Positions 12,846 through 31,533 of a stretch of DNA of 64,000 bases are shown here, in pieces. The notes beneath the pieces are model-generated. The model was not told the DNA's origin and did no database searches. It saw nothing but the letters and a program-made list of their open reading frames with translations. Where the stretch lies: assembly GCA_001949185.1 (NCBI GenBank), contig BDGG01000001.1, forward strand, positions 1,546,263 to 1,610,262. Reading direction: 5' to 3'. The position numbers were made by a program, and so were the translations under genes. Source of the stretch: Ramazzottius varieornatus. Taxonomy: Eukaryota; Animalia; Tardigrada. Numbering within the stretch: the stretch's first letter is position 1; each line of letters opens with the position of its first letter.

Positions 12846-13725
12846 AATTCAGAACCAGCTCCAAGTACATGCACTTCCGCCGGACGACTCAGCACTTTCA
12901 TCTTCCCAGTCGCTCTCATGGTCGGAGACATCCTCTCTGTCCCATTCTGCTTTCAAGCATTTTTCTTTTATCCGGTTTGCTACCTTTAAGTTCCTCCGGA
13001 AAAACGACGTTGGCACCTTTCATCTAAATTGCCATCAGTGAGAAGGAAGACTGATTCGCTTTCTTCAGCTCCTCAGAGGGACCAACGGAGCAGAGAGCCT
13101 GAAAATAAACGGCATGGGATAACGCGAAGCGTGAATCAAGCAATGTTGGAAAATACTATATTAACAGGTAATGTTTTGTGGACTGGGTTGACTTACTCGC
13201 AAATGATTCGGACGGGTGCTGGCCCATATCAGCAGGTTCTTTTCCACGTCTCCTGTAGTCAGCTCGGTCAGATAACAGAACATCTTGTCCAAGTTCAAGG
13301 CGATGTCGGATTAGTCCAGCTCGGTCTCTTCTCTCATCAGAAACATTTTCCCATGTCCCCAGGATAGATGTTGTTGCAGTTGTTCAGTGCTTTTGATTTC
13401 ATGTCCGTCCGCTCGACAGACCAGCTCCAGCTTCCTCATAGACATCGGATCACACTTGACGTATTTCGGTCCGGCTGCACCTGCAACACAAGACATCCCG
13501 TAACCACCCCGGCAGAGTAAACAAAATAACCTGTTCCCACATCCATCCATAGACAACAATCAACAATCAACAATAATCGAACCCTCCACAATTTGCCGTT
13601 TATTTACCTCGACGTTTGGCAATCTCTAGTGAACGACCAGCGCATCGTGCTTCGTCTTCCGTGGTGACATCCATGAGGGTGCATCGCATCACACTCTGAG
13701 AGGCAAGCACATCTGAATCCGACAT
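12846..13725 (-). pseudogene. Spliced orphan gene with frame disruption (probable pseudogene)
   Basis: Good splice signals link MSDSDVLASQ...KRR|GAAGPKYVKC... and ...RPNHLR|MKGANVVFPEELK|EWDREDVSDHESDWED...WF*. The two halves of the middle exon (about 13200-13480) are in different frames. No recognisable domain. Confidence 0.35.
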
Positions 13726-14432
13726 TGTTGAAGAATGAAGGGTAAATCAACCTGAAAAAACTGACGAAAGTGTTGGAGACTGCAAGAAGTGGAGTTAGTG
13801 ACTCTCTGAGGATTGAGCGGCGGTACTATGTCAGGCAGTCTTCGGTTTGGTCGTGCTGTATATTCTTCGTTGAATCAGAATTAGAGAGACGGAAGAGAGG
13901 TGTCCCAAAAGTCGTTAGGTGTTCCATTGGTGCTCGGAAATGTGCCAGTGAGTTCGTGCCGAGACTATAGTACACACTTTACAGGACACTACCGGAAGCT
14001 GTGCAGAGGATCTTCGGCGCCAAGTGGCCTACCTCACAGGAACCAAAAACGGTGGCAAGAAGCAAGCGAAATGTCTTTGGGGTGTATTTTCCGCCGGAGC
14101 CAGTACCATTGCCCCAGACATGTAGTCTGTTGTTTTTCACAGCTATTTCGGAAAGTTCGAAGAACCTTGAACAAAATCAGCAAAGAAATCACCCTCCTCA
14201 AACAAGACCAACGCTGGACGGATGATATAGCCAGCCTAAGATCCAAAATAACGCAATTGTCTCGTGCGACCTGCCACAAACCGGTTGAACTGGCAACTTG
14301 GTCATGCGTGCGGAAATTCTATCTTTACTACTAAAGAGATCCAGTGCTCGAACGACATCCGATGATCCGAAGAGGTTTTTCAAGATTGGAAAATATTGAT
14401 GGATCGTTTAACGGCTTTAAGTTGGGCTGTAC

Positions 14433-15247
14433 TTGGTCTGGGAGAACCGTTCTGTATTATCGGTACTTCACTGTCTAAATCATCAGTCCAACGCTGAACA
14501 GAACCCAGCGCTAGAAGAAAGCGACAATTCCACCACATTTCTGGATAGAAAAGATCGGGACCCAGAATACTTCCGGAAAAGGCACGACTTCCTGAAGATC
14601 CGAACCGCGAACTCGAAAAAGAAGGTAAGAGATTTTTCTGCTCCAAAACCATGTCGCTGAATTTCCATCGATGGTATCGTGTTGGAGTACCTGGGATATC
14701 GCGCCCAAAGTCCCATGCGGAATGCTCTTTACAGACTCGCAATGGAAGTGGAGAAGAAGCTGCATGGATGACACCACCCATACCGAGTCTATTCAGTGAG
14801 CTCGCAGCAGCTTTGGTGAACGCAGAATTCCACAGATCTTATGTCCAAATGATCGGAACAGTTCCGTCGCCCTTCTGCGACAAGAACGGCAGAATAAAAT
14901 GTTCCGGTGCCTGGAACAAGAAGGCTTGTCTCCGACAAGCTCAAGTGTCTCCGTACAGAAACTGGGTCCAGAGATGCGAACTGACAAACTGGAACTTTGA
15001 ACATGTAACCACACTAAAGAGCATGATCGATTTTATAGTGGAAAAGGGAAAGAACATGCCGGATGGGAAGAAGTTTTCATGGTCCTATTTTTACAAGATG
15101 TTATTCATGCGGCCAAATGTGAAACTTGTGGAACGCTCTTGCAATGTCGGAGGAGAGGTGGGACGCAAAACAGTCGACCCTGCTCAAGGCCTCATTGATG
15201 TCGACGTGCAAGAACAGCTCGATGCCTTCGCTCATCCGCATGCGTGA
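14433..15247 (+). CDS. DFFB: DFF40/CAD (caspase-activated DNase)-like nuclease domain, divergent; 5' part unresolved or disrupted
   Basis: Phase-0 intron 14625-14734. FCDKNGRIKCSGAWNKKACLRQAQVSPYRN...TNWNFEHV...DGKKFSWSYFYKMLFMRPNVKLVERSC aligns by eye with the recalled CAD sequence LCTPEGWFSCQGPFD..CLSRHSINPYSN...STWNLDHI...DGREVDWEYFYGLLFTSENLKLVHIVC. Confidence 0.8.
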
Positions 15248-15451
15248 GTTTCTTCTGACAAGAAGGTTTTATTTATGGATGTTCCAACGGTTGGATAATA
15301 TTCCTTGCGTTGAAATATTCTTGTTAGAATTTTCTGACTTACTTGGCTGGTTATAGCGAAAAATTCGGAAGAGGTTTCACAATTAACCACCGAACCGGGA
15401 AGTAAAATATCGAAAAGCGAACAAACTCTCGTCTGCAAGCCACAATCTTCT

Positions 15452-21168
<5,717 letters not shown>

Positions 21169-21364
21169 CTGCATTGACAACCAAAAGCACCCACGTTAGA
21201 AAACCACCGAAAGCCATCAATCAAATTTCCCGACTCATTTAACATCAATCAACCGAGAAAAGCGCATCATTGTCTTCACCTATATTCAAACATCAATCAG
21301 CCGTACCAAACACATTACAACTGACACAAAACCGTCAAAATTCTTCCTCGTCGCTCGACATTAC

Positions 21365-22546
21365 TTTTTGCTCCACATTCTTATCGAGACTCTTCGCCGA
21401 ACCATTGGAAAAGTATCCTGTATCTCTCCCACTGGATTTGGACTCCCAACTATCCCGTTTCGACGCCGCAGCCTTGGACGAAAGGGGAGAAATCTGAATG
21501 ATGGTGGCCTGGACAGGGTCCGCTTCGCTTACAGCCACTTTCCCATCCCTGCGTTCCGCTTCGCTTTCCCGCCTGTCCTCTGCCACCGCCACCACCCCAT
21601 CCGTTTCATCGTCCTCCTTCAATTCCGGAATGCGCGCAACAGGCATTTGTTGTCCGAAGGCCATCATGGACGGGTTGGATTCCCACCTCAGCGCGCTATT
21701 GACCGACAAAGGCCGTGCCTGGACATTGGCCGATATCTGCGTCAGCCGCCGCTGAACACCCACATGTGCTTCCACAGGTGCGCGAAGGTCCCATTGTGAA
21801 GCGGACTTAACAGGCTGACTTTCCCCAGGTAACATCTGCGACGCCGATATCCGCAAGTCCGTACTGCTGGCCTGCTTAACGTTAGTCTTCTTTGTGGACT
21901 GTTGTATGGACTCAATAGTAGATTTTGGGAAGGAGTTAAAATTCGAGTTGGCTTTCTGACTGAGATCCCATCCACGAGATGACGGGTCCCACTTCAGGTA
22001 CGAATAGCGCTTTTGTAGCTCATTGACAGGCGCGGGTTTGACCGCTGTGTTCTTTGGTGAACTGGAAGAAGCCGTCGAAGCTAAGAAGAGATTGGGCGTA
22101 CTGGCGTGAATCTTCTCCTGTTTGCTCGAGTTCGTCATCCAGTTGCCGAACGGTTTATACCTGGAAGGTGTCTCTGCCTTCCAATCGACAGGACGCATCT
22201 GGATATTGGCCGGCAGACTCTCCCTCTTATCCACCAGCGCTACTTCTGCTTGCGGATAGTTCTGCTGGGAGAAACTGGTCGAACGCGGGTTCACATTTTC
22301 TCTCGTGACCGATTCCGTCACATTCCAGTTTGACTTTGAATAGCCCGCATCTTTCACCGAGTCTGCTCTCTTCGTGACGGTCGTCGTCGAGCTACACACC
22401 ACGAAGGAAGTCGACTTCTGGACAGGCTGCGACGGTCGTTGTTGGACAGGCGAGTAGCGCAAATCCATCTCCGAATGATAGGTAATCTTACTGTTCCCCA
22501 ACAACTTTGGCGTGCCATTATTACTCTTCTTCTTGCCGAAACCCAT
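21365..22546 (-). CDS. Candidate long alternative first coding exon of the GCKIII kinase (394 aa low-complexity N-extension)
   Basis: Uninterrupted 410-codon ORF (MGFGKKKSN...). A phase-0 donor AAA|GTAATG at 21365/64 is compatible with the phase-0 acceptor of kinase exon 21168. Confidence 0.6.
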
Positions 22547-25500
22547 ATCGGCCAGATGAAAGCGCATAATATAATTCCAAACAAATCCTCCGATAAGATA
22601 TGCCCATACAGATCTATTCCGATAATTAGCTGCACTTGTCAGTCCGAGTTCATCATTTTCAGCCTATCATTAGCGATCGAACAAGATCAGCGTCGCCATC
22701 ACCGGCCATCAAAGCGGTCTCCTCCGCGACAAGGTAAGTTTGAGGGTAAGGCAAAGAGGGTAAGAGTAAGCTGGTTGCGGACGATCGAGCGCAGATCTCG
22801 CAGAATCCGCTTTGACTATGAGTGAGTGAACTTCTTTGCCTAACACCAGCACACAATCTGCGCTCCATCCATCACTACCACTGCGCATGTTCAGCACAGA
22901 CACGTCAAAATCCTTTGCAGCACGATATCCGTATCAAGAGCAGTATAAAATCACATCGGCGCACTAGTAGTAGTTTTCCAACATTGTGAACTCTCCACAT
23001 GTCCACTTCATCGTCACGATCGCCGTCAAAGCGCCGTTATCGTTGATCCGTTCAAAAGCAGCACCGAGAATATTCTCCTCGCAAACACGTTCACTTTATC
23101 ATCAAAACATTCTCCACACAGCGGATGGTGTAATGGACACTCGAAAGCCGTCCTCTGTCGTCGTTTGATTACGCGTAATTTCCCCCCTCTGATGTTTCCT
23201 CAGAGACACAAGGCAGATGGACAAGCACGTTTCATTCTAAAGATAGAGCCTGGTCGTCTCTCTCAAGACACTGGTCAGGCTTGTCTCGCTGTGAAACTTG
23301 AGATCGAGGCTACATGAAGCTAGCCCAACAACTGGCACAAGCCAACAAGAGTCAAACTGAAGCAAAGACGCCTGACTGATTATAAAATCCGTAAAGGGAG
23401 GTATATCTACGGTTGAATTTCGACCAGCGACGAGACCAAGTAGGCCGCACCATTGTCGGCTTGCGGAGGTAAGTTGGCCCGCAGCACAACACTATTGGTA
23501 CCTACACTCCGTACAGCGTTGTATACAAGCCAGCCCATCATAATTGTCATGCAAGGCAAAGGCAGTAAAGAGATTAATGCTTTGTTGACTCTATGCCGTG
23601 GGGCATTAACTTCGCGCACTGCAAACTACACTTCGGCTCTTTTCGACGGACCACCCCTCCTCTCTACACCAAAAACCAAGAACCTCCGATCACACAGCCC
23701 AGTTCCTGCCAGCGCATCAACGGCCACCTGGAAGAAGCCCAACGTTCCATCGAGAACCCAACCGGCTGCCCAGTGCACCCTTCGCCACCGACACTTGTAT
23801 TGCCACACGAAGGCTGCAAGGGTAACGAATATCAGTCTTCAACGACGTCATTGGCAAACACTGTAGCGAATGGTACAAAACGCCGAAAAGCCCTATATTT
23901 ATGCCAAGACCCCGGCGACAATCCGGGATGTTTGAATTCTCACATTGCGCGAACCCTGTTGGCAACACATATGCATCCCGGGTTGTTGCCAATGTCGAAA
24001 AATGTGTGATTTATTGCATCTTGGTGCACTGTTTGACTTGTTTATTGCTAATTCATGTCTGCCCGTGGTACTTTTTTGACTGTTATTCTTTCCTTGGGGT
24101 CTTGAGGTTCGTTCGTCCTTTACCTTGCTTGTTACCACAGGCTAGAGCTGTTGTTTTTCCTACCCCAATCCGTTCAGTGTTGGTCAATGCTATAGCCAGC
24201 AGCCATATTCAACGATCGCCATCGCTCGTTAGCATGGTTCAAAAACAAACAGCGGTGGTTTTATTGCGTCTGTGACTCGGCGCTGACGAGGTGCATGCTT
24301 CGACAATGAAAGTGGCCACTTGCTGGGTAGAATACGGAGCTCTGCAAGGTTCTAGCTCTCTCTCTCTGCATCGGCGACCTTCATCGATGCAATACCAAAG
24401 TACGTAAACGATGATTGTGAAGGCTCTTTCTCGGCTGTGCTCCAATGTCCCAACGTCACTCACCAGTAAATAGCCCCACGCATAAAGTGTAGAGCTGTAA
24501 TCAACAGGTGCTGCAAGCCGGAACAGTGCTTGATGCTGCCTCGACCCTCCATCTTGGCCATAATTATCGGCACCATCACGACGACACCTGCCCAGCATGC
24601 AGCTCTACGTTTAACCTCCGACCATAGTTTGATGGAGGAAGAAAAAAAGAAGAAGAACCGCCAGGAGAATCTGTGAGTGATGCCGACACGCTTTGCCAAC
24701 TTCGAATTGTTCGAAACGTGTTTAATTTCAGGTTGACCGCACACAAACACCCCGAGCACAAACGATACCGTAAAAACGACACCCGTCACCAGCCTTGCTC
24801 GTCTTCAGGAACAGACTGCGGGTGATTTTGAAAAAACCGTGAAATTAATATATCAACATTGTTCCAGAGTCTGATTGTACCTTGGATGTTTAAGTATTCG
24901 CTCAATGCATTTTCCCACACACCGCCAAGATGAAAAACGAATTTCCGGCGGTTGTTTCCCGCATGCTGGTCTAACCATACTGGCACTTTGGGCAATTGTT
25001 AGTCTACCAATTCCCAAACAACACTTGCCAATAATGAAAACATGAATGCATAATCTCTCACACCTGTTTTCTGTTTGCCCTTGTTCTGACGCCGTTGTAA
25101 TACCGGCGCGGTAATATCAGTGGACATGGCGTGCAGAACCTCATTAATTTCAGTGCATTACCCTCGTCACGAAAAGCTCGATCTCCATCATGATCAGTGT
25201 CCGTATGTCATTTGCCTTTCCTTAGTTCAGACGTTTATTAGTTTGTCCATCTCCATGGCCAATCGTAACAGAATCATAAAGGTGCCGAAACTTAGACACC
25301 GGAATGTATAAACCTACTGAGAGACGTAATGACGGACATATCAATCAGCCATCAAGTACTGCCTTCTGTAGTGGATTACGCCAAAGCCGTTCGCCTCTCC
25401 AAACCTCAACCACGGACCTCCTCCCACCATCTCAAATTCGCGGAAGCATTCCGCACTCCTCTTCCCAAACCTCCACAAGTACATATATCCCTGAAGATTT

Positions 25501-26406
25501 CAAAGAGTCGATGTACAGAAATTCTGTAGAGAACAGTCCAAGTCCAGCGTTAGCGTAGTGGACTTAGTTGGACATGACAGTTTGGACAAAGATGGCACCG
25601 GATTTCCATAATCGCCAGACATCAACGCAATAAAATTTGTAGAAGAGCCCTGCTTGGTCCCGGTCATCACGGATGACTTGCTTTCACACGGACTCGCAAA
25701 ATACACACACCTCATCAAACGTCATGTCAAGCGTTTCCTTGCTGGATAGCTCGGGAGTAATTCATGTTTAATCCTGAGCCTATGCTATACTGAGACTGCT
25801 TCTTTTCTTCCTCCCTTCTTCGTCTGGATCTCGTTTCCTATGGCGAATTTTGGATTGACTCCCAATATAATATTTGTTCGGCAAGTATTTTGACGTCCTC
25901 CTGTCCCCTTTGTTGTGGTGAAGTGAAATAACGAAAGAACATTTCTCGAGTGTCTCAAACATTAGAACTCAAGTTAAAGTGACCTTGACTGCAAACCGCC
26001 AGTGCCGCGAATCCCACGCGTCAACCCAAAACCTTCCTGGCACCAATAAATTCCAAAGCGGAAATACTCGACGCAGCCCTTCCCAGCATAAAACTATTCC
26101 AACTACAATAAAAACAATTCCTCCAACCAACTGAGACGGTGTAAAGCAGCAAAAAGCCCCCACCACCATGTCGATACCGCCTGACAGTAGCGCCATCTAC
26201 CGTTACCTCTTGTCCAAAAAGCGGCTTTCACAAAAGCGGACGAACTTTCAATCACACCGTGAGCAGGCTTACGGCCAGTATGACGTTATAAACGGCAAGC
26301 TTTAATTTTTATTTCTCTCCCGAACTTCCCGTACTTCTATCACATCCATTACTAACGAAGCGATGTTTCCCAACTCTTACCCTTCGATCTGTTGAGCTAG
26401 ATTTAC

Positions 26407-26658
26407 CTTGTTGCCACTTTTGGTTTTCTTCTGGCGTTTGACTTTGGGTGAGTTGGCCAGCGTCATCTGGGTCCTCATGGAGGCAAGCTTGTCCTCCGCG
26501 CTAACCGAGTCGATCACGGTCGCTGCCCACCACGGAGTACCTTTGTCGCGAAAGGGCCACTTGGTTTTGGTCTCCAGCGGCGACCACTTGGGCAACTCCA
26601 CAGCAGTCCCAGCCTGCACTTGGATCCAGTTCCGGTCGATACTTTCCCATGCCGGCAT
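26407..26658 (-). CDS. Candidate distal first coding exon of the GCKIII kinase (84 aa)
   Basis: ATG 26658 (MPAWESIDRNW...KKTKSGNK) ends at a phase-0 donor AAG|GTAAAT, in frame with KLDPEVIF. Confidence 0.5.
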
Positions 26659-29600
26659 CGTATCCCGAACAATCACACAACCCTCTCATCGAAAGGTTTC
26701 CCCCAACTCAAAGTACAAAGGGACTTATTTCGCAACACAAACTCTTTCCACACAACAAACAGATCGCAGGACAAACGGTCCTTCTTGTCATTCCTGTGCG
26801 CATTGGCAAACAGTTAACTTCTAATAAGCGAGTAATAATATCTCTCAATGGACAGCATCAAGTACCAAACTGCCGTCATATTTGTTGGTCAGCAGAGTAA
26901 CTTTCACTGATGTATCGATGTTGCAGAAGACGTAACGAAACTTTGATTAGCGCTTGTTACAACACCACGGACTGTTGTTTGCAAAAAACGCAACGACAAG
27001 GTGTAAAACTTCAACAACAGAGATCAGCAGGTAAGTTAGCAAGGACTGATGGATGTAGAGTTAGATCTGGTCATACCGGATGGAGGCCATGCAAATCACT
27101 TGTATAAAAGAGCTCGTGGCCATTGTGATCAAAGCCCCACCGTGGTACCAGTACAATTTGTATCACCGCTCTCTTCAATTGTACCTCCGACATCCCTCCT
27201 GTCTGTTCTTTTGTAGCGTACGTGTTTTTACTGTATCAGCGTATTCAACACAGAGCCCTTTGAGAAGGTGTTGTGACAGTTTACATGGACGGGCCATGGT
27301 TAATTGTTTGCCCAACCAGCCAAACTCGAAGATTGGCTTCTTTGTTCAGCTTGTCTTTTACTTTGCTCATTACAATGTACACGTTTGTGTAACATCGACG
27401 AAATTCGGAGCCAGCCAAGGATGTCCGTCTAGCTCGGTGGGCTCTTCGTACTCTGCATTACCACTGTTGTCCCGCCGACGTCCGTACGCCTCGTTACACC
27501 TATTCGCTCACGGCAGGCCGGCAACGTCACGATAAGTCAAACTGATGAAGCGTTCGATCAGTCCGCCAAAAGAAAACGACATTGGTGTCTTCGTGCGCAT
27601 CTTTAGAAGAAACAATACGCATTGTGTGTGTTCAACTAAACTGCACTCGTAATCGTCCCATATAGGGTCCACACGTGCGCGCGAGCAAGCTCATAACGAG
27701 TCCATCAGACTAGCTCAACAAACTCTTACCGAAAAGCCTATCATCAATATCAAACCATATCAAAATAAGCTCCAGTAACTTTTACACCTGTTTACTCTCC
27801 AAAGCACCTTTCCCACACTCGAAACAGAACTCGTTCTGCCCATCGCAAACTTCCGATCCGCCACTGCGAACCTGACTCTGAATTTCTCTCGATCTTTCTC
27901 CTATTAAATCCTTTCCAAGGACTGCACGGGAAGAACCTAAGAAGAAATGAAGACATAGTCAATCCAACGTCAGCGAAATCATTTCAAGTACGATGTATAC
28001 GGTTTTCGAGTGCCTCACTTACGCAAGTCTTTATCAGCTTACCTCGCTATGTTTTCATGATAAGGTCCGCCACTTTGCTTTTACGCTTCCAGCTCTTGTC
28101 TAGGTACAAGGAGATAAGCCATCGTAAGCACCATCCACACCTCTGATTCACTTCCAATGAATCCGACTGCTTCACTAAATCACTCTTGGTTGCACCTGTG
28201 CAATAGTGATTCAAGTCGATAGTCTTCGCATCAGTTCACACGCGTACATTCTTCAGCCGTATTTCATATTCAGCATCACGTCGCTGACTTCCTGTCCACC
28301 CACCATCGTAACAGGTCGCAAGCTGACTTGTGCTCAAATCGAAATTTGACAGAAAGCTACTCAAGTCCTCCGCAAGGTCGAAGGCGGTTTAGAGTCACAC
28401 CCTTCTACCACATCAAACACCGCACTCAGGCTTCCATTCAAGTGGCGCAGATTACTACCATTTGCCTTATTAATCCCCCGCCGATGTGACGCGCTACCCA
28501 AGATTAATGATGCAAAAGCGTAAATCACAGACAACACACTTTGCCAATCTTCAGACTACATTTAGCGGAGGTCTTTTACAGCAGCTATCAAAGGGAGCAG
28601 TGCGCCACACACGATCGATAACTCGATTCCATTATTCTCCGGCTATACAATACAAGCTTAATGTTTTTCCAGGCCGACAACGAGCCTGACTATATCTCTC
28701 CTTCATTAGACTCATTTACATAACAATGTGCGACAGGCCAACAAAAATAGCCGCGTAATGCCCCTCGTTGACCCGAGAACCCATCACAAACTCGCAAAAC
28801 GACACTTGACTTCCTCAAAGTCCTCCGCGTCCCTTCCAGAAAACGACTCACTGAAACGAGCAACAAATCATCCAAAATTACGCGCGGTCGACTGCAGCTT
28901 TCAAATTAAATATGAGTTCCGGATGACAGAAATCGAGCGTGAAGAAGCCGAACTGAATAAGCAGACATTATTCATATCAACATGCAATTATCCATCGTAC
29001 CCTGTCTTTCAAGAAGTCGAGATGAAACAAAGTCCAACCGAGCTGATCGATCCCAGCCTGACTCTCCCAGCTTCTGACGAACGTACTGCTTCGAGGAACA
29101 ATTTTCACCTTTCCAGAAGCCTGAAGAGGCCTTGAACGAACCTCCGATTTCAAAAACTGGTCAAAGTCTAATGAACGTCAAAACAGACACACACAGATGC
29201 AGTGGCGCACATGCGCTGGTAATTCAGCCCGACAAGTGCGTCAGTCCGAGCAGACCATGGAACATCATACAATGAACAGTTCGGTTGATTATTGATTGAA
29301 TTTGGCTCACCTCTGTGATTTCGGCCATCCTCCAACACGTCCTGATATTCCAGTTTCCAGTCAACTGTTTCAAACTCCGACGCGCCGTAAGTTTGTAAAC
29401 TGAGCTATCCACCGATGAAAAGAAGTTCGTGAAGGATCTGCGCGAAATTCCGTAGAAAGGGAGAATGTGCCAATTCAGCTGATTGCTTGGCTGGTTGACA
29501 GCGGTGTTATTGGCAGCTTTTACAGGCTCGTAAAGGTGTAAAGTAGCGCTGCCGAAACTGGACCGCCTGTACGGAAAGATTGCGCTAGCACTCTGAAGGT

Positions 29601-30309
29601 CTACAGGTAAGATAAGATACAACCTAACAATCGAGACTCCTTCGCCATGAAGATGATATCACCACGAACGGAAAAATACAATCATCAGAATCTCGCATGT
29701 CCATCACGCTTTGAGTGGCAGCGCAGCAGGCGATGGAAAATTAAATATTCTATCGCTTTACAATGGTGCAGCAGTGTGGCTCAATACATCGTCATCAATC
29801 AAGTACGATTGTACGACTGCCCCGTTACACTCGCGCAGGTTTCCGATTCAACCGTACGGAACTGACGGAGGTCCTCGACCATAAAGCATTTTCTTGTGCT
29901 CGCAAACAATGTGCGCTCCAAGATTTGCTACAGTGGTAAACACTATCATCTTCACCGTCGTAAAGCGGATTGGAATCTCATTTCGGTGAACAGAAAAGAG
30001 GAAGACAAGTTGCACAACCGCATTCTGGCAGGAAACCCAAACAGTCTTCTTAAATCCCGACTGACCACAGCTCGGAAACGTTAACTTGGTACAAATGCGT
30101 GGCCAAGCATCGACATATTCTAGATGAAATTTGCTCAACATCCGAACTCAAACGGATAAAGAAACAAAAGAAGACTAACATGATATCTTCGCGCAAAAAT
30201 TTCACTCCAAGGTTTGGTTCGATCCCACGAGGAAAGTTCTATGGAGCAAAGGAACGACAAACCAACATGGCCACAAACGCCTTCTGTTCCGAAATTGATA
30301 AAATCCTTG

Positions 30310-31062
30310 TCAGGCGTTCAGTCCGGCTGTAGATCCGCTCTTCGCTGCGATCTGTAGCCTTAGATTCATGACTTCTGCCAGATAAATAAAGAAACGAATT
30401 GTACGGACTGTCGCTGCGTTTTGAAGAACGACCGTCTTACCAGACTCTAGGCATCTAGACTCATCCTTCACGCTTCTGAGCTCTGCCAGCAGTTTATCTT
30501 TGACCGTCTCCAGGCTGTCCTTCTGTTCAAGCCGGCGGTTCCGACAGCTCTTAAAAAATACTATCACAATTCATCTTACTTTTACCAACTGCCAGCGGCG
30601 CAGCCTGACACGTGACCTTGTTGGGTCATGCAGCTTATGCTACCTATGATAGCACGTGCTCAAGCAGCGCTAACAGTACTTACAGCTGCATATCCTCGAT
30701 TTTTCAACGTTCTCCTTCTCTGCTTTATCCGTTTGATTTCTTCCTTTGGCTGACCTCGTAGCCGGCGATTGAGCTCAGGGATGGTCAGGTCAACTAATTC
30801 TTTGTCGGAAACAAGCTCAGATTCCTCTCCAATCAAGTCATCGTTGTCGTCGTCTCCACGAGAAGAGTTGGTCTCCGAATGACGGGAATCCACCGACCTA
30901 CGAAAAGAACACAAGTCGCAACCGTTGTCACATCTTTCGGATCGAGTAATCCTACATTGTGGCTAGGTTCAGGAACAGGTCCAGGAACTCTGACACCTTG
31001 AGGAATATTTCCAGGTGCAATCCAGGTAAACACCCAAGAAATTGCTAAACCTGCCTCGTCAT
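30310..31062 (-). CDS. maf-S: Small Maf bZIP transcription factor
   Basis: [42 protein letters not shown]|[14 protein letters not shown] is the Maf extended homology + basic region. No transactivation domain. Start is either 31062 or a split AT|G at 30957. Confidence 0.92.
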
Positions 31063-31146
31063 CTCAAGTTCTCAACGTGTTAACGACTTGACGGTGTTAT
31101 AGTTTTACAGTAGTTTACCGTACTACTTGCCGAATCAGCTGGCGAT

Positions 31147-31232
31147 GACGAAGCAGATATCTAAGTTAAGCTTGTCTTTTGAATTACACGACGAAGCAGA
31201 TATCTAAGTTAAGCTTGTCTTTTGAATTACAC
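31147..31232. repeat. Perfect 43-bp tandem duplication in the Maf/CDC23 divergent intergenic region
   Basis: GACGAAGCAGATATCTAAGTTAAGCTTGTCTTTTGAATTACAC x2. Confidence 0.95.
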
Positions 31233-31533
31233 GCAGTACGTCATAAGCTTCGATCCGGTTTCCATGAGTTTGGAGCTTGATTCAGTTGGAGCCGGTGACG
31301 CACAACTTAATCAACTTCGTTGGTCCGTATCGTTGTGCACGTCGCAGTGCGCACCGATCTTGAAAACCACAGCAAATGGATTTCAATCATTTCATTTTCT
31401 CAGACCTAGCATCTCTCGTCAATTTTCTTCCGGTGAAGCGTCAGTGGTCTAACCGGTCTTCCGATTCTTCTTCGTGTGTTTATGTTTGTAGATGTGAGGC
31501 CTCGACCTGGAGGAAAACAGCTGTCACCGTGAA

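Noticed and set aside
13250-13320. Possible stop-codon readthrough (ELD*SDIALNL...)
   Set aside because: A frameshifted pseudogene or noise explains it equally well; there is no supporting context.
22600-30300. Many 60-150 aa ORFs in the kinase 5' introns and Maf 3' region
   Set aside because: No recognisable domains or consistent splice chains; expected by chance at this GC content.
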